Assembly (NCBI GenBank): GCA_045863855.1
Contig: BTVV01000003.1
Location: forward strand, 69,523 to 133,522
Reading direction: 5' to 3'
DNA length: 64,000 nt
DNA from: Planctomycetota bacterium
GTDB taxonomy: Bacteria > Planctomycetota > SZUA-567 > H5-PLA8
The translations under genes and the position numbers were made by a program. This document shows positions 9,208-18,451 of the stretch, one piece after another. Under the pieces are notes generated by a model. That model ran no database searches. It saw only the letters and a program-made list of their open reading frames with translations, and was not told the DNA's origin. Position 1 is the first letter of the stretch, and every line of letters begins with the position of its first letter.

Positions 9208-10638
9208 ATGCCTGAGCCGCGCCCCAACCTCTTATTGATCACCACCGACCAGCAGCGCTGGGACGCGCTTGGGTACAACGGCAACCCGATCCTGGAGACG
9301 CAGAACCTCGACCGGCTTGCGGCCAGCGGGGTGAACTTCACGCGTGGCTACACCACGTGTCCGACGTGTATCGCGGCGCGGCGCACGATTCTGACCGGCC
9401 AGGCGCCCGCGACGCACGGGCTGGTGGGGTACAGCGAAGAGGCGCCGTTCGATCCGAAGTTCACGCTGCCGCAGTTGCTCCGCGATGCCGGCTACCAGAC
9501 GCAACTCGTCGGGAAGCTGCACCAGATGCCGCAGCGGCGGCGCTTCGGCTTCGACCACATGATTCTCAGCAACGGGCCTTCTTTCCGCCCCGATTCCAAG
9601 TGGCAGAAGGAAAACGACTGGATCGATTACTTGCGCGGGATGAACGTTCCGATCGAGCCGAATTTTCACGGCATCAACGGAAACGGACGCCTCGCCCGGC
9701 CGTGGCCGCTGGAAGAGCACCTGCATCAGACGACGTGGCTGACCACCCAGGCCATCGAGTTCATGACGCGCAAACGCGATCCGTCGCAGCCGTTCTTTTT
9801 GCATCTGAGTTACTGGGCTCCGCATCCGCCGCTGATTCCGCCGCGCGACTACTACGACCGCTACGTCCGGCGCATGCACGAATACCGACCGCATCACGGG
9901 ACTTGGGTGCCGAAATCGGATGCCTGGGTGCCGGGCATCGCACCGGACGACAAGTTCGGTCCGTTCCGGCTGGAAGAGATCCAGAATGCGATGGCCGGCT
10001 ATTACGGGCTGATCAACCACATCGACGACCAGATCCAGCGGCTGTTGGAGTCGTTTTACGTGTACGGCGGGACGCGTGGAGCGGAGCCGATGTACGTGCT
10101 CTTTACCTCCGATCACGGCGAGATGCTGGGCGATCACCATATGTTCCGCAAGACTGTGGCGTACGAAGGGAGCGCGCACGTCCCGTTCTTCGTTTCCGGT
10201 CGCAACGTTCCGATCAAGAAGAGCAGCAGCGACGAACTGGTCTGCCTGGAGGACATCCTGCCGACCTTGTGCGAACTGGGCGGCGCGAAGATTCCCGAGG
10301 GGGTGGACGGGAAGTCGCTGGCTCCGATTCTTCGAGGCGAAAAGCTTAAGGTGCGCGAGGATCTTCACGGCGAGCACACCGGCAAGACGATCGGGCACCA
10401 CTACCTGGTTCACAAGAAGCACAAGTACATCTGGTACGTGGATCAGAACGAGGAGCAGATCTTCGATCTGGAGGAGGATCCGTACGAGCGCGTCGATATT
10501 TCGGGCAATCGCGCGCTGCTGAAAGAATTGCGTTCGCGGATGAGCAAGCATCTTCAAGGGCGCAGCGATTTCAGTTACGATCTTAAGAAGCTCAAGCCGT
10601 TGGAGAACGGCCAGCCGGCGGGCTTCTGGGCGCATTAG
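9208..10638 (+). CDS. Formylglycine-dependent sulfatase (arylsulfatase A-like)
   Basis: PNLLLITTDQQR, CIAARRTILTG, GKLH, PHPP, FTSDHG. Confidence 0.92.
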   Translation: MPEPRPNLLLITTDQQRWDALGYNGNPILETQNLDRLAASGVNFTRGYTTCPTCIAARRTILTGQAPATHGLVGYSEEAPFDPKFTLPQLLRDAGYQTQLVGKLHQMPQRRRFGFDHMILSNGPSFRPDSKWQKENDWIDYLRGMNVPIEPNFHGINGNGRLARPWPLEEHLHQTTWLTTQAIEFMTRKRDPSQPFFLHLSYWAPHPPLIPPRDYYDRYVRRMHEYRPHHGTWVPKSDAWVPGIAPDDKFGPFRLEEIQNAMAGYYGLINHIDDQIQRLLESFYVYGGTRGAEPMYVLFTSDHGEMLGDHHMFRKTVAYEGSAHVPFFVSGRNVPIKKSSSDELVCLEDILPTLCELGGAKIPEGVDGKSLAPILRGEKLKVREDLHGEHTGKTIGHHYLVHKKHKYIWYVDQNEEQIFDLEEDPYERVDISGNRALLKELRSRMSKHLQGRSDFSYDLKKLKPLENGQPAGFWAH

Positions 10639-10684
10639 CCGGCGGCAGCATTCCCCGTTTCCGCTCGCTCCGTGGTGAATCGCC

Positions 10685-11926
10685 ATGCCCGTCGTTCCGT
10701 GGACTCGCGCGATCGCGCATGTGGACCTCGACCAGTACTACGCGGCCGTGGAGGTTCTGGATTTTCCGGAGCTGAAGGGCCTGCCGGTGATCGTCGGCGG
10801 CGCGCCGGGGAAGCGCGGGGTGGTCAGCACCGCCAGCTACGAGGCGCGCAAATTCGGCGTGCACAGCGCGATGCCCAGTTCGCAAGCGGCTCGGCTGTGC
10901 CCGCAGGGCGTCTGGCGCACGCCGCGGATGGCGCGGTACGTCGAAAAGTCGCGCGAGATCCGGCGCATCTTCGAACGCTACACCGACCGCGTGGAGCCGC
11001 TCTCGCTGGACGAGGCTTTTCTGGATCTGACCGGAAGCCAGCGGCTATTCGGGACGCCCGAGAAGATCGCACAGCGCATCAAAAACGAGATTCTGGCCGA
11101 GACGGGGCTGGTGGCCTCCGTTGGCGTGGCGATGAACAAGTATCTGGCCAAGGTCGCCAGCGATCTGCGCAAGCCCGACGCGCTGGTGGTGGTGGCGTAC
11201 GGGGAGGCCGAGGCGCGCGCGTTTCTGGCGCCGCTTCCGGTGAAGCGCCTGTGGGGCGCGGGTCCGAAGACTTGCGCGCGGCTTGAGGCGCTGGGATTGC
11301 ACACCATCGCCGATGTACAGCGCGCCGAGCCGGAGTGGCTGGCGCGCCGAGTCGGCGAGCACGCGGCGGCGCATCTGCGCGGTCTGGCGCTGGGACTCGA
11401 TACACGCGAGGTGGAAGTCGGGGATCGCCCCAAGTCGATCGGGAAAGAAAACACGTTTGCCGAGGATATGCGCGATCCGCGGGCCATGGAGCGGGAACTG
11501 CTCGGGTTCGCCGAAGACGTCTCCACCCGGCTGCGCGCGCGCGGCCTGCTGGCGCACGGCGTCACCTTAAAGGTGCGCTTTGGCGACTTCACGACGCTCA
11601 CCCGTGCGCACAGCTTCGAGGAACCCACCGACCTGACTGAGCCGCTGTATCGGGCCGCGGTGGACCTGCTGCGGCATAAGGTGGCGCTGGAGGGCCGGGG
11701 CGTGCGGCTGCTGGGAGTGCAGGCTACGCGGATGGTGGCGCCGGGAGAGTGGACGTCGGGCCTCTTTAAGGACGAAGACGACGAGAAGCGCCGGCGCACG
11801 GCGCGGACGGTGGACCGCTTGCGCGCTCGATTTGGAGACGGCGCGGTGACGCGCGGGCGGCTTTTGGAAGAAAAAGCGGAAGATACGGGGAGCATGAACG
11901 ACAAGCCGCCCTCTTTAGGTCGTTGA
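10685..11926 (+). CDS. dinB: DNA polymerase IV (Y family)
   Basis: HVDLDQYYAAVE, STASYEARKFGV, SLDEAFLD, AKVASDLRKPD. Confidence 0.95.
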   Translation: MPVVPWTRAIAHVDLDQYYAAVEVLDFPELKGLPVIVGGAPGKRGVVSTASYEARKFGVHSAMPSSQAARLCPQGVWRTPRMARYVEKSREIRRIFERYTDRVEPLSLDEAFLDLTGSQRLFGTPEKIAQRIKNEILAETGLVASVGVAMNKYLAKVASDLRKPDALVVVAYGEAEARAFLAPLPVKRLWGAGPKTCARLEALGLHTIADVQRAEPEWLARRVGEHAAAHLRGLALGLDTREVEVGDRPKSIGKENTFAEDMRDPRAMERELLGFAEDVSTRLRARGLLAHGVTLKVRFGDFTTLTRAHSFEEPTDLTEPLYRAAVDLLRHKVALEGRGVRLLGVQATRMVAPGEWTSGLFKDEDDEKRRRTARTVDRLRARFGDGAVTRGRLLEEKAEDTGSMNDKPPSLGR

Positions 11927-12012
11927 CCATCCGGTCGCTAAACGTATATTCGTCGTGTTCGCCCCGGCCCGGCGCCTGGCGATCCGGGACCGTGCATACG
12001 GAGTCGATCAGC

Positions 12013-12735
12013 TTGCGTTACGCCATCTTCGGCGACATTCACGGCAATTACGATGCCCTCGAGGCTGTCCTGACGTTCCTGGATAAACAGGATATCGACG
12101 TCTTCCTGTGCACTGGCGACGTGGTGGGCTACGGGGCGGAGCCGAGCAAGTGCATCGAGACGGTGCGCGAGCGCTGTGTCGTCTGTCTGGCGGGCAACCA
12201 CGATCACGCGGCCTGCGGCAAACTGGACACCGAATTCTTCAATATCTTCGCGCGGCAGGTCGCGAACTGGACGCGCCAGCATCTTTCGAACGAAGAGCGG
12301 CAGTGGCTGGCGGGGCTGCCGTTCGTCTGCCACTTCGAGGACTTCACGCTCAGCCACGGCAGCGCGCACAGCCCGGAAGTCTTCAACTACATCACGACGA
12401 TTTTCGACGCCGAGCTTTCCTTCGAGTGCCTCGACAAGCCGCTGCTTTTCTACGGGCACACGCACATTCCGCTGGCCTTCTTCGACACGGTCCCGATGAC
12501 GTACACGATGGACCAGGAGATCAAGATCAACGCGGAAGGCAAGACGCTGGTGAACGTGGGATCGGTGGGGCAGCCGCGCGACGAAGACCCACGTGCGAGC
12601 TTCGCGATTTACGATTCGAACAAGCAGATCGTGCAGCTTCACCGGTTGCCGTACGACGTAAAAAAAGCCGGCCAGAAGATCATTGACGCCGGGCTTCCAG
12701 AAGCCTTGGCGATCCGGCTGGAACTGGGCAAGTAG
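12013..12735 (+). CDS. Metallophosphoesterase (calcineurin-like)
   Basis: GDIHGN, GDVVGYG, GNHD, GHTH, NVGSVGQPRD. Probable TTG start at 12013. Confidence 0.9.
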   Translation: MRYAIFGDIHGNYDALEAVLTFLDKQDIDVFLCTGDVVGYGAEPSKCIETVRERCVVCLAGNHDHAACGKLDTEFFNIFARQVANWTRQHLSNEERQWLAGLPFVCHFEDFTLSHGSAHSPEVFNYITTIFDAELSFECLDKPLLFYGHTHIPLAFFDTVPMTYTMDQEIKINAEGKTLVNVGSVGQPRDEDPRASFAIYDSNKQIVQLHRLPYDVKKAGQKIIDAGLPEALAIRLELGK

Positions 12736-12771
12736 TCCGGTTCATTCCGCGTTTCCGCGATCAACTCTGCA

Positions 12772-13605
12772 TTAAGTAGGAATCGCTTCGCGTACGAGCG
12801 CGCTCGCGGCCGCTTGCTCGGCTCGCGGCTTGTCGCCCGGCGCGCGGTGGCCGGTCTCCAGGAGCCAAGTCCGGCTGCGCGGCGTTTCGACGGCGTCGTG
12901 GAGTGTCGCGCGGCGGCGGTAGGGCAGATAGTTGCCCAAGTGCCACATGCCGCTTCGGTACAGGCAGAAGTCGCCGGCTTGGAGGAACAGTTGAACGGCG
13001 CCGGGCATGCTATTCGCATATCGCAGGCAAGCTGCCTCTCGTTCCTCGGCGCCCCATCCATCCAAGGAAGGGCCAGCCGGTGGATCGTCCGGGAAAGCGG
13101 CGCGTTCGCACGGCAAGTCTTCGCGCAAATGGCTGCCTGGCACCACCCAGGTGCTGTCGTCCGCGTACAACGCGCAGTTGATCTGGTTGAAGTAGTCGAG
13201 GTCGAAGCGCACGCGTTCCCATGCCGCGCGCTTTTCGCCCGTCGTGTGGTGCCTGAAATCGCGGTGCCAGTTCGTGCACCACGGCAGACTCGCCGGCTCA
13301 ATCAGGACGCCCAGCCAGCGGTCGAGATCCCCGTACGTATGCCTGGGAGAGAGCACTCTTGCGAGGGCGTCGCGGAGTTCAGGCAGATCCCGGTACGCTT
13401 CGAACGGCTTGCGATCCAGATCGTACGCTCCGACCGGCTGAAAGCGCTGGACCTGGCTTCCGCTGGCCTTGCGCGCCGATTCGCGCCCTTTTTCGGTTTC
13501 TCGGCGCAGGTCTCGGACCAAAGCCGGCGGCAAGATGCCGCGGAAAACGGTGAACCCGTCGCGCAGGAACTCGTCCTGGTGCCGATCTTCGTAGCGGAAG
13601 GTCAT
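12772..13605 (-). CDS. Phytanoyl-CoA dioxygenase family (PhyH-like) 2OG-Fe(II) oxygenase
   Basis: FLRDGFTV, WHRD (HxD), VVPGSH, AGDFCLY...WH. Confidence 0.8.
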   Translation of the reverse strand: MTFRYEDRHQDEFLRDGFTVFRGILPPALVRDLRRETEKGRESARKASGSQVQRFQPVGAYDLDRKPFEAYRDLPELRDALARVLSPRHTYGDLDRWLGVLIEPASLPWCTNWHRDFRHHTTGEKRAAWERVRFDLDYFNQINCALYADDSTWVVPGSHLREDLPCERAAFPDDPPAGPSLDGWGAEEREAACLRYANSMPGAVQLFLQAGDFCLYRSGMWHLGNYLPYRRRATLHDAVETPRSRTWLLETGHRAPGDKPRAEQAAASALVREAIPT

Positions 13606-13678
13606 GACTATTCTCCGTAGCGGTACCGTGTGCTCAAACTACCCCAATCCGGGATGAGTTCGCGATGGTGCGAATGCG

Positions 13679-14617
13679 GTGAGTTGGGGTACAAAACCGG
13701 ACTGGGATGAACGGGGTGCGCGAGCAATGGCACGGCTCCAGCGGGCATTACCTTCCAAGGTGGCCTATCCAGCGGGCTTGCCGCGCATCGTCGCGGCCGG
13801 GTTCTCTAAACTGCGCGAGCCGCAAGAGATTCCCCGCTACACGCTCGCGCATTTCGAACTCGACTTTGGACCGGTGCGGCCGTTCTGCATGCGTTCGGAG
13901 CTGAACGGACAGGCCTTCGAAGCCTTGCCCGGTGCGGCGTATCTTTTTCGCCCGGGCGATGTCTACGCTTCGACCATCGAACCCGGGAAACAGCCCTACA
14001 CCTGCCACTGGGTGCGCTGGGATTTATCCGGTGGGGACGGGCTGGCGACGGGTGCATCACGCGTGATGGGCTTGCCTCGATGCATTCGGCTGGGGCTGAG
14101 CGAGCAACGCGAACTGATTGAAGCGTATGACGCGCTGCGGGAAGCGCACCATGGCGGCCGGCCGGGGTGGGCGGAAGTGGCGGCCGGGCATCTGCTGGTC
14201 GCGCTGGGCATCTTGCGCCGGGCCGTGGAAAGCCCCGCCGTGGACACCACCGCCGGTCCGGCCGTGGAACGCAGGCTGGGCTTAAGCCTATCCTTCATCG
14301 AAGGACATTTCGCGGAACGCCTGAAACTGGCGGATTTGGCGCGCGCGAGCGGGTGGAGCGAAGACTATTTTGGGCGCGCATTTCGCCGGGCATTCGGACG
14401 CTCGCCCTTGCAGCATCTGCTTGACCGGCGCGTGCAGGAAGGCCGCCGCCTGTTGGCTGCCGATCCGCGCCTTACGGTGCCCGAGGCCGCGCACCGTTCC
14501 GGCTTTGACGATGCGCGGTATTTCGCGCGCCAGTTTAAACGCCGGTATGGCCTGAGCCCCGCGGCGTTTCGGGATGCCTTGGCGCAGTACCGGATTCCCC
14601 CGCTCCCCGGCGTTTGA
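13679..14617 (+). CDS. AraC family transcriptional regulator
   Basis: C-terminal LADLARASGWSEDYFGRAFRR...SGFDDARYFARQFKRRYGLSP; divergent from the PhyH gene. Start may be at 13727. Confidence 0.9.
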   Translation: MSWGTKPDWDERGARAMARLQRALPSKVAYPAGLPRIVAAGFSKLREPQEIPRYTLAHFELDFGPVRPFCMRSELNGQAFEALPGAAYLFRPGDVYASTIEPGKQPYTCHWVRWDLSGGDGLATGASRVMGLPRCIRLGLSEQRELIEAYDALREAHHGGRPGWAEVAAGHLLVALGILRRAVESPAVDTTAGPAVERRLGLSLSFIEGHFAERLKLADLARASGWSEDYFGRAFRRAFGRSPLQHLLDRRVQEGRRLLAADPRLTVPEAAHRSGFDDARYFARQFKRRYGLSPAAFRDALAQYRIPPLPGV

Positions 14618-14641
14618 CACCCTCCGCTTGCGCCTTACCTT
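14614..14641 (+). promoter_or_regulatory. Candidate sigma70 promoter for cysC
   Basis: TTGACA (14614-14619), 16 bp spacer, TACCTT (14636-14641). Confidence 0.4.
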
Positions 14642-14727
14642 ATAGGAGTTGCCCCGGAGCCGTTCGAGGGCCCCGTTTTTTTTCCGCCGCCGGGTTTTTC
14701 CGAGCGCTCATGCGAAGGAGAAGGGAC

Positions 14728-15468
14728 ATGCCGAAGGGCTTCACGCTGTGGTTCACGGGGCTGTCGGGGTCGGGCAAATCCACCCTGGCCAACGCGGTCG
14801 CACAGGAACTGCAGAAGCAGGGCCGCCTGATCGACCTGCTGGACGGCGACGTCGTGCGCCAGCATCTGAGCAAGGGCCTGGGCTTCAGCAAGGAAGACCG
14901 CGACACGAACATCCGGCGCATCGGGTTCGTCGCGCACTTGATCACGCGCCACGGCGGCGTGGCGATCACCGCCGCGATCAGCCCCTACCGCGCGATTCGC
15001 GACGAGAACCGCAAGCTGATCGGCGATTTCGTCGAGGTTTACGCCAAGTGTCCGATCGAAGAATGCGAGAAGCGCGACGTGAAGGGCCTGTACAAGAAGG
15101 CCCGCGAAGCCGTCGCGGCCGGGAAGGGCATGCAGTTTACCGGCGTGGACGATCCGTACGAAGAGCCGAGCAAGGCCGAGATCGTGGTCGACACGAGCAC
15201 CTGCACGGTCCAGGACGGCGTGAAGATCATACTCGACGCCCTGAATAAGCTGGGCTACCTCGAAGCGGGCGCCGCGGCCGGCGACGATCACCGCGCGCAC
15301 CACGAGTACGTGCCGGACGAACTGCTCAAGAAGGCCGAAGCCGCGTTCAAGAAGGCCGGCAAGGTGCATACCGACGTGCTGCTGAAGGAGTTGCACATCG
15401 GCTTCAGCACCGCCGCGCACGTGATCGACAAGCTGGCGGAACAGGGGAAGGTTTCGTTCAAGGGCTAA
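14728..15468 (+). CDS. cysC: Adenylyl-sulfate (APS) kinase with a C-terminal FtsK-gamma-like extension
   Basis: WFTGLSGSGKST, LLDGD, LGFSKEDRDTNIRR, RDVKGLY, FTGVDDPYEEP; about 50 extra C-terminal residues. Confidence 0.95.
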   Translation: MPKGFTLWFTGLSGSGKSTLANAVAQELQKQGRLIDLLDGDVVRQHLSKGLGFSKEDRDTNIRRIGFVAHLITRHGGVAITAAISPYRAIRDENRKLIGDFVEVYAKCPIEECEKRDVKGLYKKAREAVAAGKGMQFTGVDDPYEEPSKAEIVVDTSTCTVQDGVKIILDALNKLGYLEAGAAAGDDHRAHHEYVPDELLKKAEAAFKKAGKVHTDVLLKELHIGFSTAAHVIDKLAEQGKVSFKG

Positions 15469-15474
15469 GTTCGC

Positions 15475-15521
15475 GGAAACGGAGCCCGGAGCGTCTTCGC
15501 GCTTCGGGCTCCGTTCCATTT
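15475..15521 (+). terminator. Stem-loop after cysC (probable terminator)
   Basis: AACGGAGCCCGGAGCG pairs with CGCTTCGGGCTCCGTT, followed by ATTTAT. Confidence 0.55.
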
Positions 15522-15523
15522 AT

Positions 15524-15967
15524 ATGCGCTTCGTCGTCCTGCACCACACGGGCTGGCCGGACCACGGCGATCACTTCGACCTGATGCTGCAGGCCGAGGC
15601 GGGCGATTCGGATGCCGCGCAGGTGCTCAAGACGTTCGCGACGCTCACGCACGAATTTCCCGACGGCAAGAGCCACGCCGACGTGCGTCAGCGCGACGAG
15701 CAGGCCCTGGGGCCGGACGCGCAGACCAACTTGCTGCGGCTTATCGACGATCACCGCCGCGCGTATCTCGAGTTCGAGGGCGAGGTGAGCGGCGGGCGCG
15801 GGCGCGTCGCGCGCGTGGAATCCGGTACGCTCGCGTGGCTCCAGCCGCCCGAGGCCGATGCGCTGCTACTACGCTTCGAATTGCAAGGCTCGAGGCTCAA
15901 AGGCGGCTATCGCTTGCGCCACATGGGCGGCGGGATTTTCAGTTTCGAGCGGCTTAAGCGCGTCTGA
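15524..15967 (+). CDS. Stand-alone LigD 3'-phosphoesterase-like domain protein
   Basis: RFVVLHH...HFDLML, DHRRAYLEFEGEVSGGRG, ELQGSRLKGGY. Confidence 0.75.
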   Translation: MRFVVLHHTGWPDHGDHFDLMLQAEAGDSDAAQVLKTFATLTHEFPDGKSHADVRQRDEQALGPDAQTNLLRLIDDHRRAYLEFEGEVSGGRGRVARVESGTLAWLQPPEADALLLRFELQGSRLKGGYRLRHMGGGIFSFERLKRV

Positions 15968-16065
15968 GCTTCCGGCGCGCTCAGACTGGACAGCGCCCCC
16001 CGCATCGGGGAAAACGGGTTTGTATGCCCGCGTAATGGATCGTTCCAACAATCACGAGGCGTGTC

Positions 16066-17433
16066 ATGGCCATCGAGTTCGATTGTCCTCAATGCCGCAA
16101 GGGTCTTTTTGCGCAGGATCAGTACGTCGGGCGCGAGATCGCCTGCCCGGATTGTAAAACGCGGGTGAAGATCCCGACGGCCAGCGGCCAACCGGCGCAA
16201 CGCGCCGGCGAAGCGGCGTTTACGCCGACGTACGTGCCGCCTTCGGCGCCGGCCGCTCCGCGGACGCCGTCGTCGACGCCGCAGCCGCAGGCGGTGGGTT
16301 CGAGCACGCCGCAGCCGTACACTCCGGGCGGGACGCCACCGCCGTATCCGTCGGGTCCGGCGGCGCCGCAGGGCTATGCGCCGCCGCCGCAGGGATATGC
16401 CGCGCATGGGCAGGCTCCGCCGGCGGGGCAGGTGCTTCCGCCGCTGGGCTACGCGCCGCAGGGTGCGGCTCCGGCTGCCGGAGCGGACCGTCCGTGTCCG
16501 GCGTGCGGGCAGCAAATCAAGGTTGAAGCGCGGCAATGCCGCTTCTGCGGACATGTGGTCGACCAGGCGTTGCAGCAGCAGTTGGGCGCGGCGCAGGCGC
16601 AGGATCAGTATCCGGCGTGGCGCGGCGCGCGGGGTGGCGTGGAGTTCGGCGCGACGCTGGATGTGGGCATCGCGGTGCTGCGGCGCTTCTGGGGTATGGG
16701 CGGCGCGATGATCTTCCTGTTCGGCATCATCGTGAGCATGATCGCGATGATCGCACTAATTCCGATGGGCTTGATTCTGGGCATGGCGGGCGGAGCCGGA
16801 GGCGGCGGTGGTGCGGCCGCGGGTATCCTGATCGCGGTTGTTGGGGGGCTGGTGGCTTTTGCAGTCATCTGGCTGCTGAGCTGCGTATTTATCGCGGGCT
16901 TGTGGAAAGTGAGCATCACGATGGCCGATAACGTGATGGGCAAACCCGTCGAACCGCGCTTCGAAGACCTCTTCTCGGGCTTTTCGTGCATCGGAAGCGT
17001 GCTGGGTGTTAACCTGGTAATGGTTCTGGTGGGCATTCTTTCCGGTCTGGTTGGCGCGGTGCTGGCCACTTACTTGGGCACCGCGGGCCAGATCGTTCAG
17101 TTTGGGCTCAACATCTTTAACTATTGGATTACCTTGCGGCTGCTGATCGCCGTTCCGTTGATCATGGATCGGCACCGCGGCGCGATGGAGGCCTTGGGCG
17201 AGAGCTGGCGGCTGACCAGCGGTAATGCGTTGATCATGTTCTGCGCGGTGTTGGTGGGCACCATCATCGCCGGACTGGGCATCATCCTGCTCGTGATCGG
17301 GTATATCTTCACGTCTGTGGTGTTGATGGGCATCTTCGGCAGTATGTACCGCCAACTGACCTGGCACGGTGCGCAAACGCAGGCGCCCGCTCCTGGCGGG
17401 TATGCGCCGCAGCCGCAAGCCCCGGCGTACTGA
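16066..17433 (+). CDS. Zinc-ribbon, proline-rich, multi-pass membrane protein
   Basis: CPQC/CPDC and CPAC/CRFC pairs flanking a Pro/Gln/Tyr-rich linker; 5-6 TM segments ending AMEALGESWRLT. Confidence 0.75.
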   Translation: MAIEFDCPQCRKGLFAQDQYVGREIACPDCKTRVKIPTASGQPAQRAGEAAFTPTYVPPSAPAAPRTPSSTPQPQAVGSSTPQPYTPGGTPPPYPSGPAAPQGYAPPPQGYAAHGQAPPAGQVLPPLGYAPQGAAPAAGADRPCPACGQQIKVEARQCRFCGHVVDQALQQQLGAAQAQDQYPAWRGARGGVEFGATLDVGIAVLRRFWGMGGAMIFLFGIIVSMIAMIALIPMGLILGMAGGAGGGGGAAAGILIAVVGGLVAFAVIWLLSCVFIAGLWKVSITMADNVMGKPVEPRFEDLFSGFSCIGSVLGVNLVMVLVGILSGLVGAVLATYLGTAGQIVQFGLNIFNYWITLRLLIAVPLIMDRHRGAMEALGESWRLTSGNALIMFCAVLVGTIIAGLGIILLVIGYIFTSVVLMGIFGSMYRQLTWHGAQTQAPAPGGYAPQPQAPAY

Positions 17434-17458
17434 TTCGCCTTCGCGAAGGAGCACGTGC

Positions 17459-18451
17459 ATGCATTACCGGCATCTGGGTCGAGCGGGCGTGCAGGTCAGC
17501 GAGATCGCGTACGGTTCGTGGATCACCGCCGGAGGGCAGTACGCGGCGGAAGCGTCCATCGCGTGCCATGAACGCGCGTACGAACTGGGGATCAACTGCT
17601 TCGACACGGCCGATGTGTACAACGCGGGGCAGGCCGAGACGATCGTGGGGCGGGTTCTGAAAAGCATTCCGCGCCGGAGCATCGTGCTGGCGACGAAGTG
17701 CCATGGGCGCATGGGCGAGGGAGTCAACGACCGCGGGACGAGCCGCAAGCACGTGCGCGAAGCCTGCGAAGCGAGTCTGGCGCGGCTGGACGTCGAGTAT
17801 ATCGACGTGTACCAGGCGCACAGCTACGACGCCGAGACGCCGATCGAGGAGACGTGCCGGGCCTTCGACGATCTGATCCGGCAGGGCAAAATTCTGTATT
17901 GGGGCGTGAGCAACTGGGGCGTGCGGCAGGTCGCGGAAGCGGCGGCGGTCTGCGCGCGCCGCGGCTACGACGCTCCGGTCAGCCATCAGCCGCGCTACAA
18001 CCTGTTCGCGCGCGAGATCGAAGCCGACCTGATGCCGCTGTGCAAGCAGCACGGGCTGGGCTTCATCGTGTATTCGCCGCTTGCGCAGGGGCTGCTCACC
18101 GGCAAGTACGCAAACGGCACGATCCCGGCAGGCTCCCGCGCCGAAAAGAGCGATAATTTCAAGGACCGCCACCTCACTGCGTACAACCTTGCCGCCGTGC
18201 AGGAACTTCAGTCGCTGGCATCCGAATGCGCTCTGAGCGTTTCGCAATTAGCGCTGGCGTGGGTGCTGCGGCGGGACGAGCTGAGCGCCGCGATCGTAGG
18301 CGCTTCGCGCCCGGAGCAGCTCGACGAGACGGTGAAGGCGGCGGGCGTAAAGCTGGACGAGGCAACGCAGCAGAAGATCGAGAAGATACTGAATAGGCGG
18401 CGCGCGGCGGTGCATGACGAAGACGCGGCGAAGTTGCGGACGGAGAAGTAG
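17459..18451 (+). CDS. Aldo/keto reductase (Kv-beta-like)
   Basis: GINCFDTADVY, LATK, YIDVYQAH, GKILYWGVSN, YSPLAQGLLTGKY. Confidence 0.93.
   Translation: MHYRHLGRAGVQVSEIAYGSWITAGGQYAAEASIACHERAYELGINCFDTADVYNAGQAETIVGRVLKSIPRRSIVLATKCHGRMGEGVNDRGTSRKHVREACEASLARLDVEYIDVYQAHSYDAETPIEETCRAFDDLIRQGKILYWGVSNWGVRQVAEAAAVCARRGYDAPVSHQPRYNLFAREIEADLMPLCKQHGLGFIVYSPLAQGLLTGKYANGTIPAGSRAEKSDNFKDRHLTAYNLAAVQELQSLASECALSVSQLALAWVLRRDELSAAIVGASRPEQLDETVKAAGVKLDEATQQKIEKILNRRRAAVHDEDAAKLRTEK

Noticed and set aside
16220..16480. Short GC-rich repeats (ccgccgcagggctatgcg-like), also near 21340-21580
   Set aside because: They encode Pro/Gln/Tyr-rich linkers; no constant repeat with unique spacers, so not a CRISPR array.
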